From Glaucostegus cemiculus (Eukaryota), in the NCBI GenBank assembly GCA_976551045.1, contig CDPCPM010000248.1:3100001-3164000 (forward strand): 64,000 nt of DNA, in the 5' to 3' direction. Below are positions 1 through 10,200 of the stretch, piece by piece. The translations under genes were made by a program, and so were the position numbers. Under the pieces are notes generated by a model. It was not told the origin of the DNA. It did not search any database and saw nothing but the letters and a program-made list of their open reading frames with translations. The first letter of the stretch is position 1; each line of letters starts with the position of its first letter.

Positions 1-10
1 TGAGTAATGT

Positions 11-135
11 AGCTTGAGTCCTCTGTGCTGAGCTGCAGAATTCAATGGATGTGAGGTGAACTCTGCAAATTAGCCTTGAGTTTGTTTATATGTGCATTGA
101 ATTCGGGCACGCCTTGAGTACCAGAGGCATCAGCT
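11..135 (+). repeat. Imperfect inverted repeat / long hairpin
   Basis: GAATTCAATG (38-47) pairs with CATTGAATTC (95-104). GAACTC (58-63) pairs with GAGTTT (78-83) around a 14-nt loop. Outer arms CCTCTG (20-25)/CAGAGG (122-127) and AGCT (11-14)/AGCT (132-135). Confidence 0.65.
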
Positions 136-1014
136 CAAAAATAGCATGTGTGCAGAACCTATCAGTCTGCAATGTTTGAAAGTCACAAGGCTTTTATTTG
201 TTCTACTCTAAACAGAAACTCAAAATTTAGCTTGTTATGTGGCTGATCTGATTTTGTGTTTCCCTCACACTGCCCATTTCAGGGAGCTTCCTGGAAATTA
301 TAATTCACACGTTCTACTTCACCTCCCCTTCATATATTCATTGTAAACACCTTGAGGGCCTGAAATTCACTTCACCCCAATTTTAGACACTGAAGAAAGA
401 GTGCTTTGAAGAAGGAGATACTAAAACCTAGAAAATTTCCCATTAAATTCCCAAAACATTGAAGCAAATATTAGGCACACCATGAAGGGAGCCGAACGAA
501 AGTGCAGGCAGCCAATCAATACCTAATCATTAATCAATTACTCTGGTATAGAATGCCAGAGTAACACTCTCGACTGATGTTGGTGATAACTACTGGAAAA
601 TTGGTGATTTGGACCCACCCATTCTGTGCCCTATTACCAGGCACTAGAGCACTTAGATGAACAACAAATCTTACATCATCTAAGCCAGTGTTAATATATC
701 TGATTCTGATACAGAATCTCCTTTTGAACCTTTTTGTTAAGAACTTTACAGTCATAACATTCATAAGCTTTCATTCTGTATAGTTAAGGGCAGATTTCCC
801 TTTTCAATTTCTTCCATCAAGAATGGCAGCTCACGCTCAAACATCATTGTTCTGGGAGCCATCTACATCAGTCCTCTGATTGCTCTTTAAAATGGCTCCT
901 CTTCATGTCTGAGCAGTGGATGTTGGAAGACAGCTACCTGTGTGCAGGATTACTACAAAGCCTAATCAGGTGTTGAAATGTCCTCAAGTACAAGCACGCT
1001 TTGTCAGTTTGAAT

Positions 1015-1206
1015 CAGAGGCGCAGCGGTTAGTACTGCTACCTCACTCACTCAGAGGCCCAGCCTTGATTCCGACATTGGTTGCTGTCTGTTTGGAATTT
1101 GTATATTCTCCCTGCAACTGCACAGGTATCCCCTGACTCTAGCTTCCTCCTACATGCTGAACCCATGTTGGTTGGTAGATTAATTGGCTCCTGTGAATTT
1201 GCCCCT
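1015..1206 (+). mobile_element. Old, degenerate tRNA-derived V-SINE (HE1-like)
   Basis: Head GGCGCAGCGGTTAGTACTGCTACCTCAC and a decayed V-domain TGTCTGTTTGGAATTTGTATATTCTCCC...TTCCTCCTACAT, similar to the younger copy at 17762. Confidence 0.7.
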
Positions 1207-1834
1207 CATGCAGATGGGTGAAAGGGGGGAATGATGTGTGTTAATGAAGGTGCAAGAGGAATAATAGGATTAATGTGATGGTTGGTGTGGTTCCATGCTC
1301 TATGACTCGATGACAATGGGCAGCAGTTAGAAATAGGAACTTTGGATTCACTCTGTAACATTCTCACTCTGAACATTCTCACCTCAGTACTACACCACAG
1401 GTGTAAAACCTGTGTGTCACTGTTAACCCTGAACTGAGGTACTGACTGAAACACAGTTGGCAAAATATAGTGATGGATGGATTTGGCTTAGTTTGAAAAT
1501 ACAAATGGCATCTTGCAAGAATGATTATTGTTGTATTTATAGTGTTGATCTGGATTAAAATGTTAACCACACAATCTGCAAATTTGCAGATGATACTGGG
1601 ATTAGTGTGTTTAAAGCACGTAGAACTAATACAATAATAATAAACCTTTTCTGATACGTGCAATTTTATCACTGCCGAACAAACCCAGCAAAGCAGATTT
1701 CCTGCTGAAACTAAATTAACTACAGGATACCTTTTATTTTTTACCCCCACATATTTCTTGCCCAATTTTTAGATGGAAGGGGCTGCTACAGGGGAAGGAT
1801 AGCCTCTGGTAAGCCACTATGACAGCAACACTTC

Positions 1835-1940
1835 CTTCCAGTTCCCAGGAAGGGTCCCTACCCCAAAATATTAACTGGTTCCTTTTCCATAGATGCTGCT
1901 TGACTGGCTGAATTCAATAAGCAGCGATTCTTGTTGTGTT
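1835..1940 (+). mobile_element. Penelope-like element terminal repeat fragment
   Basis: GAAGGGTCCCTACCCCAAAATATTAACTG...TCCATAGATGCTGCTTGACTGGCTGAATT resembles the units at 21975-22171 and the end of 18605-19117. Confidence 0.6.
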
Positions 1941-2410
1941 GTACTCATTGCCTTTCCCAGTCCAACAATGGGTGCTTTTGCATGGGTAGCCTTGAAGAAC
2001 AAAGTTAAGAATGAACTGGTTCTTCTTTAGAGACATGACACCATGTCACTCATAGAGAAGTGATTAGACAGCTCCTATTGTACCCACACCAAAGCAAGAC
2101 AATACAGTATGGCTACATGGTGACTGCAAGGTCATGATAAATTTCTGTATAAAAGATGAAGCATATCTATTACCCAATGTAAAGGCTTTATTTGCTACTT
2201 TAGAGGCAGGAATTTCTTCAGCAACTGGAGTAATTTTTCACCTACCAGCAGCTGGAGCTGGATTCAGAGTCTGAATTCTACTCACTATTCACCCTCCCAA
2301 TGGGCTATACAGATATCACCAGCAAACCTCTGGACTGTCAACAGCACCCATGATCTTCCAGTATACCTTGGAACTGATTTTTCAGAGACTGGGCTATGCC
2401 ACTTGCTTCA

Positions 2411-2702
2411 AGGGTAGTGTAATGGTTAGCGTAACGCTTTACAACATCAGCAACCCGGGTTCAATTCCAGCCACTATCTGTAAGGAATTTGTATGTTCTC
2501 CCTGTGTCTGTGTGGGTTTCCTCCGGGTGCTCCAGTTTCCTCTCACTTTCCAAAGATGTACAGTTTAGGAAGTTGTGGGCAGGCTATGTTGGTGCCGGAA
2601 GCGTGGCGACACTTGTGGGCTGCCCCCAGAACATTCTATGCAAAAATATGCATTTCATTGTGTGTTTCGATGTACATGTGACTAATAAAGAAATCTTATC
2701 TT
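2411..2702 (+). mobile_element. V-SINE (HE1-like head and V-domain) with a Rex1/Babar-like 3' tail
   Basis: A-box TAGTGTAATGG, B-box GGTTCAATTCC, V-domain GTGTGGGTTTCCTCCGGGTGCTCCAGTTTCC. Tail TTTCATTGTGTGTTTCGATGTACATGTGACTAATAAA resembles the Rex1 3' end near 39670-39703. Confidence 0.8.
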
Positions 2703-2949
2703 GATTTCAGTACCTTGAGTAACAGAACATTTGACAAACCTGAAGAAGGTCAGATTGCAGCAAAATGGAACCAGAGTGAATCTACTAAAATGCTAATCCC
2801 TGCAAAGATCAGTGGAATGCCTTGGCCATCGAATTTATACACAAGACTACTTTACTCATACCAAAGTGGATACTATTCAAATGCTTCATCTCCAACCAAG
2901 GTCAGACATCCATGGAGAAAAGCAGGCGGTCAATGTCTTTTCAGGACTG

Positions 2950-3121
2950 AAGATAGGAAAAGGGGAAGCCCAATATATGGGAGGGAAAAGCAGAGCACTG
3001 ATAGGTGGTCAAAAGAGGGGAGGCGGGGTGGGCACAGGGAGGCGATAGGTAAATGCAGGTAACAGATAGTGATAGGCAGGTGTTGGGGAAGGGTAAAAGG
3101 TAAGAAGAGAGGGTGATAAAC
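2950..3121 (-). mobile_element. Penelope-like 3' region fragment (purine-rich on + strand)
   Basis: Repeated GATAGGT motifs in a G/A-rich tract like 18720-18960; interrupted by the CR1 at 3122. Confidence 0.45.
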
Positions 3122-3459
3122 TATTGAGAGGAATAGACAGAGTTGACAGCCAGCGCCTCTTTCCCAGAGCACAGATGCTCAAGACGAGAGGGCATGGCTT
3201 TAAGGTATTGGGTGGAATGTTCAGGGGAGATGTCAGAGGGAAGTTTTTCACCCAGAGAGTGGTTGGTGCATGGAATGCGCTGCCTGGGGTGGTGGTGGAG
3301 GCAGATGTGTTGGACAGGTTCAAGAGATTGTTGGATAGGCACATGGAGGAATGTGGGATAGAGGGATATGTGGGAGGAAAGAGTTAGATCATGTGAGGTT
3401 TGTGGACGGCACAACATGGTGGGCCAAAGGGCCTGTTTTGTGCTGTATTGTTGTTCTAT
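3122..3459 (+). mobile_element. CR1 (HER1-like) LINE, 5'-truncated 3' end
   Basis: ORF 3124-3387 encodes the CR1 ORF2 C-terminus (KTRGHGFK...FFTQRVVGAWNALP). 3' UTR ends TGGGCCAAAGGGCCTGTTTTGTGCTGTATTGTTGTTCTA. Confidence 0.95.
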
Positions 3460-3747
3460 AAATGGGCTAGGAAAGGGAAGAAGAGTACCTATCCCCTGGT
3501 GGATCTGCAACTCCCCTCTCCCACACCTGCCTAACTTGGATATACTTGCTAAGGGAAATGTACTCTAAGGGAGAGGAGTGTGGTACAGTGAGTCGCACAA
3601 TGTGTTGTGTTTCTCTGCCTTGGGTTGCCTCAGTAGTAGTGGCTTACCAGACATTACCAGCAGGGCCACTCTGCAGCAGGCTGGTTACATCTGGATGACC
3701 AGCATATGGTTCTATCTCACTCTCTGAACTATTATAAATTTAAATTT

Positions 3748-4399
3748 AGGGCTGTTAAGAAGGCTTATGGGATGTTGGCTTTTATAAATAAAGGGATTGA
3801 GTTCAAGAGCAGAGAGGTGATGATGCTGCTTTACAAAACTCTAGTTAGGCCGCACTTGGAATATTGTGTTCAGTTCTGGTCGCCGCATTATAGGAAGGAT
3901 GTGGAGGCGTTGGAGAGGGTGCAGAGGCGATTTACCAGGATGATGCCTGGATTGGAGGGTATGGAATATAGAGAGAGGCTGAAGGTGCTAGGGCTCTACT
4001 CATTAGAGAGGAGGAGGATGAGAGGGGACTTGATAGAGGTGTTTAAGATATTGAGAGGAATAGATAGAGTTAATAGTCAGCGCCTCTTTCCCAGAGCGCA
4101 GATGCTCAAGACGAGAGGGCATGCCTTTAAGACAATTGGTGGAAAGTATAGGGGAGATGTCAGAGGGAAGTTTTTCACCCAGAGAGTGGTTGGTGCATGG
4201 AATGCACTGCCTGGGGTGGTAGTGGAGGCAGATACGTTGGACAGGTTTAAGAGATTGTTAGATAAGCACATGGAAGAATGTGGAATAGTAGGATATGAGG
4301 GTGGAAAGAGTTAGTTTGGGAGATGTTTGTAGGATGGCACAGCTTGATGGGCCGAAGGGCCTGTTCTGTGCTGTATTGTTCTATTGTTCTATTGTTCTA
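3748..4399 (+). mobile_element. CR1 (HER1-like) LINE, young 5'-truncated copy
   Basis: Uninterrupted ORF2 C-terminus in ORF 3706-4314 (LYKTLVRPHLEYCVQFWSP...LERVQRRFTRM...RMRGDLIEVFKI) and a (TATTGTTC)n tail. Confidence 0.97.
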
Positions 4400-5240
4400 A
4401 ATACAAATGTAGCAAGTTGAGAGACACTTTTTAACTACTGCTGTTCTTAATTATTTGTGCATGGGAAGTGTGAGGCAAATGGAATTAATATCAAGGCCAT
4501 TGATTTTAGAAGTCAGGAATTGTAGGTATTGGATCAGAATCCACCTGTTAGATGACTACAATCGACATGATGTTTTTGCGACTTTGCAATGCTGGTTAAA
4601 TTCCTGCGCAATTCATTTGAGAAACCAATGCGTAGCTCCTTGAATTACAGTTTTCCAAGAAACAATACCAAACTTAATACATCTACACGTTGTACATGGG
4701 CGACGGTGGGCTTAGTTTTCATTTTGTTCTGTTTACAAGTATTTTGGTTTTTTTTGTGTATGGAAATAATCAGAGAAATGACAATAAAAATCTTGACTCT
4801 TGATGCATATAGTGTTTTTGGTTTCTTTTATTACTTTCAACTTCATTTCTTTCATATGCTGGACCCAATATTCAACTGCCTACTGCCTATTGCTGACTTG
4901 TAAGATAGATATCCAGGAACTGAAAATCAGTATGGCATCTCAACTTCCCAACCGATGTCCAAGTTGTGATTAATATAGTTTTTTGATGAACTGATGCATA
5001 GTTTGACTTTTACCCTTTTCAGTAAGGGGCTGCTTAAATATGGAAATTGAGATCCTATTTTGCTCATAGAATCGCATTTGCACTTTCCAAGTACAGATGT
5101 TCGGCGCATCTGCTTGTCTCACAATACTTCTTTACTGCCAGCTTTCACCCTTCGGGCAAATTAACTGTTTGGTATATCTTTGCATCTTTGAAAGTTTTTG
5201 GGGGAAGTGAAGCGTTCCCATCTGGTTCCCATCTTGATCC

Positions 5241-5550
5241 TTATTATTATTATTAGGTGGTGCCTAAGGCTCTGGGATGACATGCTTCCACTGCGGTCCT
5301 GCTGGATCTGAGGTGCCCTGTAAAATATGAAACCATTAGCGGGGGCAGGAGTTTCTTGCCTGGATACGTAGGTGGATAACTTGTGGGGTGGGGTGATCCA
5401 TTGCTTGTTGACACTGGACTCCATGTGCTCTTGACACATGGACACGAGGCTCTCAGTGTTGCCTTCAGTGCTCCTTCCCCACTTTGAGCAGACATGGGCC
5501 AAGGATTTCCAGAGTCAGTGAGAATGTTACATATTTTCAAGGAAGCTTTG
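5241..5550 (-). mobile_element. RTE-clade LINE 3' end, degenerate
   Basis: Minus-strand peptide AHVCSKWGRSTEGNTESLVSMCQEHME resembles the RTE C-terminal AHDRSKWRRS...ENLESMRREH pattern. (TAA)n tail at 5241-5254. Confidence 0.7.
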
Positions 5551-6853
5551 ACAAAGCTTCAGAAGTTTGGAGCCAGGCACCTAAACAATGTGTCCCGCCC
5601 ATCAAGGCTAACAGAATGTAATTAGGCCTTCAATGCTTGCATTGTTGGCCTGGGAGAAGATGCTGATATTAGTTTACTAATCCTGCCAGTGCATTGATTC
5701 TGCCACCTTGTGCTACCATCCACACCTACATCATTCTGCTAGTATAGTAACTGGCAGTATTCCTGCTATCAACAGCACTGCTTTGCAGACATCTGTCTGT
5801 TGTCTATAGTTTTAAATCAGCAGTAAAATATGTCTTGAACTCAAATATAGTTCGGTCCTATCACTGGCTTGGAGCAGGTTGTAGGCCACTCTCTGAACTT
5901 GCCCCCTTTTTTGTTGGAAGTCTGAAATACGTCTAAAACAAACTTAAAAGTCCATAATGTATTTTCCAAAACTACATGATAAAAATGAAACCGAATGATA
6001 TCATGAACAGTAATTGGAACTGTATTACTTTAACAGACTATAGATTTACATTGATTAATGTCAGCAGTAGAACATTTTAATGCAAGGTTTGTTTCCTGCC
6101 TTGCAATGCATATTAGAAACGGTTAAGTGTATTACGGTTGGGTAATAAAGATATGCTAGTCAACAATGACATTTACACTCCAGCTTTTCTTAATCTATTG
6201 AAATTGCTGATTTTGTTTTCAATCTATCAGATGTGTTTCACTTACAGAATTCTTTTTCAATATATATCGAACCTGAATTTATATATCCTTATTAAATAAG
6301 AATTATATACTTCTTGCCATTCACAGCTAACAGATAAATCTATGCCTTAAACTCCAAAGACAGCAATAATTTAGCTGTAAATAGCACCGGTTTATAAGGA
6401 TTTCAGGTTTCTGGTGAGATTTCATGAGCGTCTAGTGACTGAAGGAAAAGTTGTGGAAGTTCCCACACTGGGGAATTTTCTCAAAGTATCTGAGCCAGAT
6501 CTGGGTACCTTACTCCATTAATTTCAATGCAAGAATACCTGCCAGATATTGAGGTTTGTGTTATTAGTTCTGGATTTACTTAAGTAAAATCAGTTTATTT
6601 TGAGAATGTTTCTGTTTTTTTTTGAATTGTGCAATAGTTGGAAACACATATTAATAATATTGGAATCCTTTGAAGTGTTTGTGAATGCCAAAAGAATTCA
6701 TCATGTCTTTATTCTTATATGTCTTTATTCATCATTTTTATTTCAACTATTTCATGGGTGGGACTTGTACTAGCTTCATAATCTGAGGGGATACAGGAGC
6801 CTGAGGGCACGTACCACCAGGCTTAAGGATAGCTTCTATCCCACTGTGATAAG

Positions 6854-7681
6854 TGTTATGAAGTAGCTTACTATAGGCAAATATCCCTTTAAGATGGGAC
6901 ATTGTGTGTGTGTGCAACGTATTACGTCAACAGAAGATAAGACTAACGTGATGAGGTCATTACAAGAAAGAAAAAGAGAGGAGAGAGAGACAGACAGACA
7001 GACGGAGAGAGAGAAGAAGGAGAGACGGCAGCCTGTTTTGTTTCTGTCGATGGATGAAGGACAGTAACTGTGTTTGTCACTAAATTCCGTGGATGGATTT
7101 CTGGAGTAGTCCAGTGGAGTTCACTTTGTCGGTAACCTGTAGAAGGACACAGGTGTTTGCGTGGACAGCCACATTTTGGATGCTCTTCAGAGTGGCAGAT
7201 ACTGTGGAACAAAGTGATGGAATTCCCTTTGCTGCTAACCTGGAGAAGAACACAGGTATTTGCATGGACAGTCTCGATCCAGGAGTTTTCGGGGTGAGAA
7301 AGTCACTACCGAGTTAGCCCTGAAGTGTCGTTTGAGTTTTGAGTGGAACATTCGGATTTCGTGATTCCTCTCTAATCTCTCTCTATATCTATGTTTTGTC
7401 TTCGGTGGATGGTGCTTGTGAAGGAGCCTTTATTCGTGTTTCATCTTACGGCTTATTGAACTGAACTTTAAGAACTAATTCCTGGACTTTGAGTTTAGGA
7501 ATTCGACACACACACGACGAGTAGTTTTGGGGTTATAGTTTAAGATTCTAATATTTTGTTTTGTACTAATATACTAACTTTTTGTTCTTATTTTACATAT
7601 TATTGGAAGTAGTTATCAATAAAGTAGTTTTAACACTGAAGTATGACTTGGTGTGCTTCTTTTGTTGCTGGTTTCGTAACA
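6854..7681 (+). mobile_element. Complete 828-bp LTR (Gypsy- or ERV-type)
   Basis: TG...CA termini with a short terminal inverted repeat TGTTATGAA/TTCGTAACA, AATAAA at 7618-7623, and an internal ~60-bp duplication (about 7110-7170 vs 7213-7273). Confidence 0.8.
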
Positions 7682-7685
7682 AAAT

Positions 7686-8105
7686 CCCCGAAAACTCCTG
7701 GATCGTGACTGTCCATGCAAATACCTGTGTTCTTCTACAGGTTAGCAGCAAAGTGAATTCCGTCACTTTGTTCCACAGTATCTGCCACTCTGAAGAGCAT
7801 CCAAAATGTGGCTGTCCACGCAAACACCTGTGTCCTTCTACAGGTTACCGACAAAGTGAACTCCACTGGACTACTCCAGAAATCCATCCATGGATTTTAG
7901 TGACAAACACAGTTACTGTCCTTCATCCATCGACAGAAACAAAACAGGCTGCCGTCTCTCCTTCTTCCCTCGCTCCGTCTGTTTCTCTCTCTTGTAATTA
8001 CCTCATCACGTTAGTCTTATCTTCTGTTGACGTAATATGTTGCACACACACACACAATGTCCCATCTTAAAGGGATATTTGCCTATAGTAAGCTACTTCG
8101 TAACA
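7686..8105 (-). mobile_element. Inverted 5' half of the same LTR family
   Basis: Reverse complement of 6854-7294 with about ten substitutions and a shorter (GA)-rich tract. ORFs 6943-7212(-) and 7582-8070(+) share a near-identical peptide. Confidence 0.95.
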
Positions 8106-8832
8106 TAAGACTATTGTATGGTAGAAAGTTGAAATAAAGAGAGAACTTGGATTTATTGTTGCATTTGATATCCTCGAGAATCAATAGAGTACTTTTTGGA
8201 GTAAACTCAGGAAAACGCGCACTGTTTCTATACAGACTGTACTTTTTGTTTCCTAGTCAATGAGCAATGCTTATCTGGAAACCTGATAGGCTGATCCTAT
8301 GTTAACATGTCTGACGGGAAAATCAAATTCTTGTTTTTGACGGTCGAACTTCCTTTGATGATTGCATGCTGACCCAGACGGTTGAGCAGGATATTTGTGG
8401 TTATCTAATTTTGTCATCTACAACCTCCTGCTGTGCATAACCCAGACCTCTCTGCACAAAACATTCTACCGGGGAATCACTTTCTCTTCTAAAGGAGTAT
8501 GCTTCAATAGGAGGTCAATGGTACCTCACCCATGTGATTATTTTTCACCAATGAGGATTCGGCAGTGAAGATCATCAGCCTGTTGGACCATGAGTAGATT
8601 AAAGAAGGGTGTATCTCGCTGCAGCCTCATCCAAGATCTGCATGGATATCAGGATCATGAATTATTTCACTTTTCTTAGACTGGGCTTCCACCATCAAAT
8701 AAACCTGGATTCTTCCTGTTCAAAATGGCTCAGGAATACATAACCTTACTCTGCTAGTTCCATGACTTATCTAATGTGTCTATATAAGTGTTTAATTTGT
8801 TTTTATAGTAGTCCATTAACATTAATTGTAAG

Positions 8833-9125
8833 TTGATTTATTACTGTCACATGTATCGAGGCATGGTGAAAACCTTTGTTTTGCATGCCATCCATACAGA
8901 TCATTTCATTACAACAGCGCATTGAGGCAGTACAAGGGAAAGCAACAACAGAATGCAGAATAAAGTGTTACAGCTACGGAGAAAGTGGAGTACAGGCAGA
9001 CAATAATGTGCAAGGCCACAATGAGGTAGATTGTGAGGTTAAGAGTCCATCTTATTGTGCTAAGGGACTGTTCAATAGTCCTATAACAGTGGGATAAAAG
9101 CTGTCCTTGAGCCTGGTGGTGCCTG
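8833..9125 (-). mobile_element. Rex1/Babar LINE 3' end
   Basis: TTTATTACTGTCACATGTATCGAGGCATGGTGAAAA...GTTCAATAGTCCTATAACAGTGGGATAAAAGCTGTCCTTGAGCCTGGTGGT matches the 3' end of the copy at 62256. Confidence 0.85.
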
Positions 9126-9529
9126 CTTACTTCACTTGTTAATTTTCCTTGTTCTTTTTCAACAACTGTGATTTTCTTTCAAAATCTGAGAGAAAAAGAA
9201 ACATCCCTTGATTAATCAATCACAATACAAGGAACTATTATCTAAAAATGATGCAACTGTTCACTAACAAAGCAACTCTTGAAAAAGTTTGGCATCTAGG
9301 TCACTGCCTTATGGAGCAGATTTATTTATAATCTATAAGCGGAGTTATTTTGCATTTTGAAAACAAAACCCCAGGGAATAAGGGTGACAGTTTCCTTTAT
9401 TTTTCTTTATGAAGAATGTCTGATGTATAAACTTGCTTTCACAACCTGACTTATAAATACATTACATATTAATCAAAATCTGAAACAAATTAGGCTGTAT
9501 CATTAAAACTTAAAATCTTTGTATTGTTG

Positions 9530-9560
9530 CTGTATTGTTCTATTGTTCTATTCTATTGTT
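9530..9560 (+). repeat. Isolated CR1 tail microsatellite (TATTGTTC)n
   Basis: Same string as the tail at 4370-4399 but with no LINE body upstream. Confidence 0.55.
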
Positions 9561-10144
9561 TTTTTGTTTTATCAATATAAAATCCAAATTGAGGAATTAG
9601 TTAAGATTTTCTGTACCAACTTCTTTGATGTTTCTCTCACAAGGCCATAGATCTGACCTTCCTGTCATTTTAATTTTCAAACTGCAGCTAGAATGGGCTT
9701 CATATTTTGATCAAAAATACCTAAACATCAGTCAATACACCATCTGCTGCCTAAGCCCTAACTCACCATACATGCAGTGAACAAGAAGAGGGAGCTTAGC
9801 TTGAGAGGATACAGAACAATTTTTTCAATATTCTAAATAGGTGCCAAGGAAAATTGCTTAAGAATGTAGATTACACTTGATAGCTGGTTTATTTAACAGT
9901 TTATGCAACAATTTATATAACCATATGTGGTTACCTCAAAAACATTGAGGATAACATTATTTGTCCTGGTTTACAGCAGAGATTCACACCTACTAGAACC
10001 ATGGTTTGCACCTAATTATCCGATAATTCATTTTAATTGTTAGAAAATAATTTGTAATGCATGCCTGCATTTATAAACTTGAGATTCCAGAATCCTTGCT
10101 TTCAAACTGGATTGCTTATTTGCATTGAATGTCGTGTGGTTTTC

Positions 10145-10200
10145 AGAATCAGATCTATAATCACTGAATATGACATGAAATTTGTTGTTTTATGGCAGCA
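10145..10200 (-). mobile_element. Rex1/Babar tail fragment (second subfamily)
   Basis: Approximate reverse complement of the tail at about 41850-41910 (AACAAATTTCA...CAGTGAT...TGATTCTGA). Confidence 0.6.

Larger units (their letters stand above)
6789..8122 (+). mobile_element. Short Rex1/Babar fragment split by the LTR insertion (pieces 6789-6853 and 8106-8122)
   Basis: The intact copy near 39440 reads CCCACTGTGATAAGACTATTGAATGGT. Here it reads CCCACTGTGATAAG [insert] TAAGACTATTGTATGGT, which defines the empty site and a TAAG duplication. Confidence 0.85.

Noticed and set aside
5094-5160. Small hairpins with UUCG-like loops suggesting a structured RNA
   Set aside because: Stems are only 2-7 bp, which is expected by chance.
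6943-8070. Paralogous small proteins on opposite strands (89 aa and 162 aa)
   Set aside because: They are translations of the two arms of the inverted LTR.
6854-8105. Ordinary DNA transposon or MITE with long TIRs
   Set aside because: An internal TTCGTAACA end with an upstream AATAAA completes an LTR at 7681. TG...CA ends and a 4-bp TSD fit integrase chemistry better, though a DNA transposon is not formally excluded.
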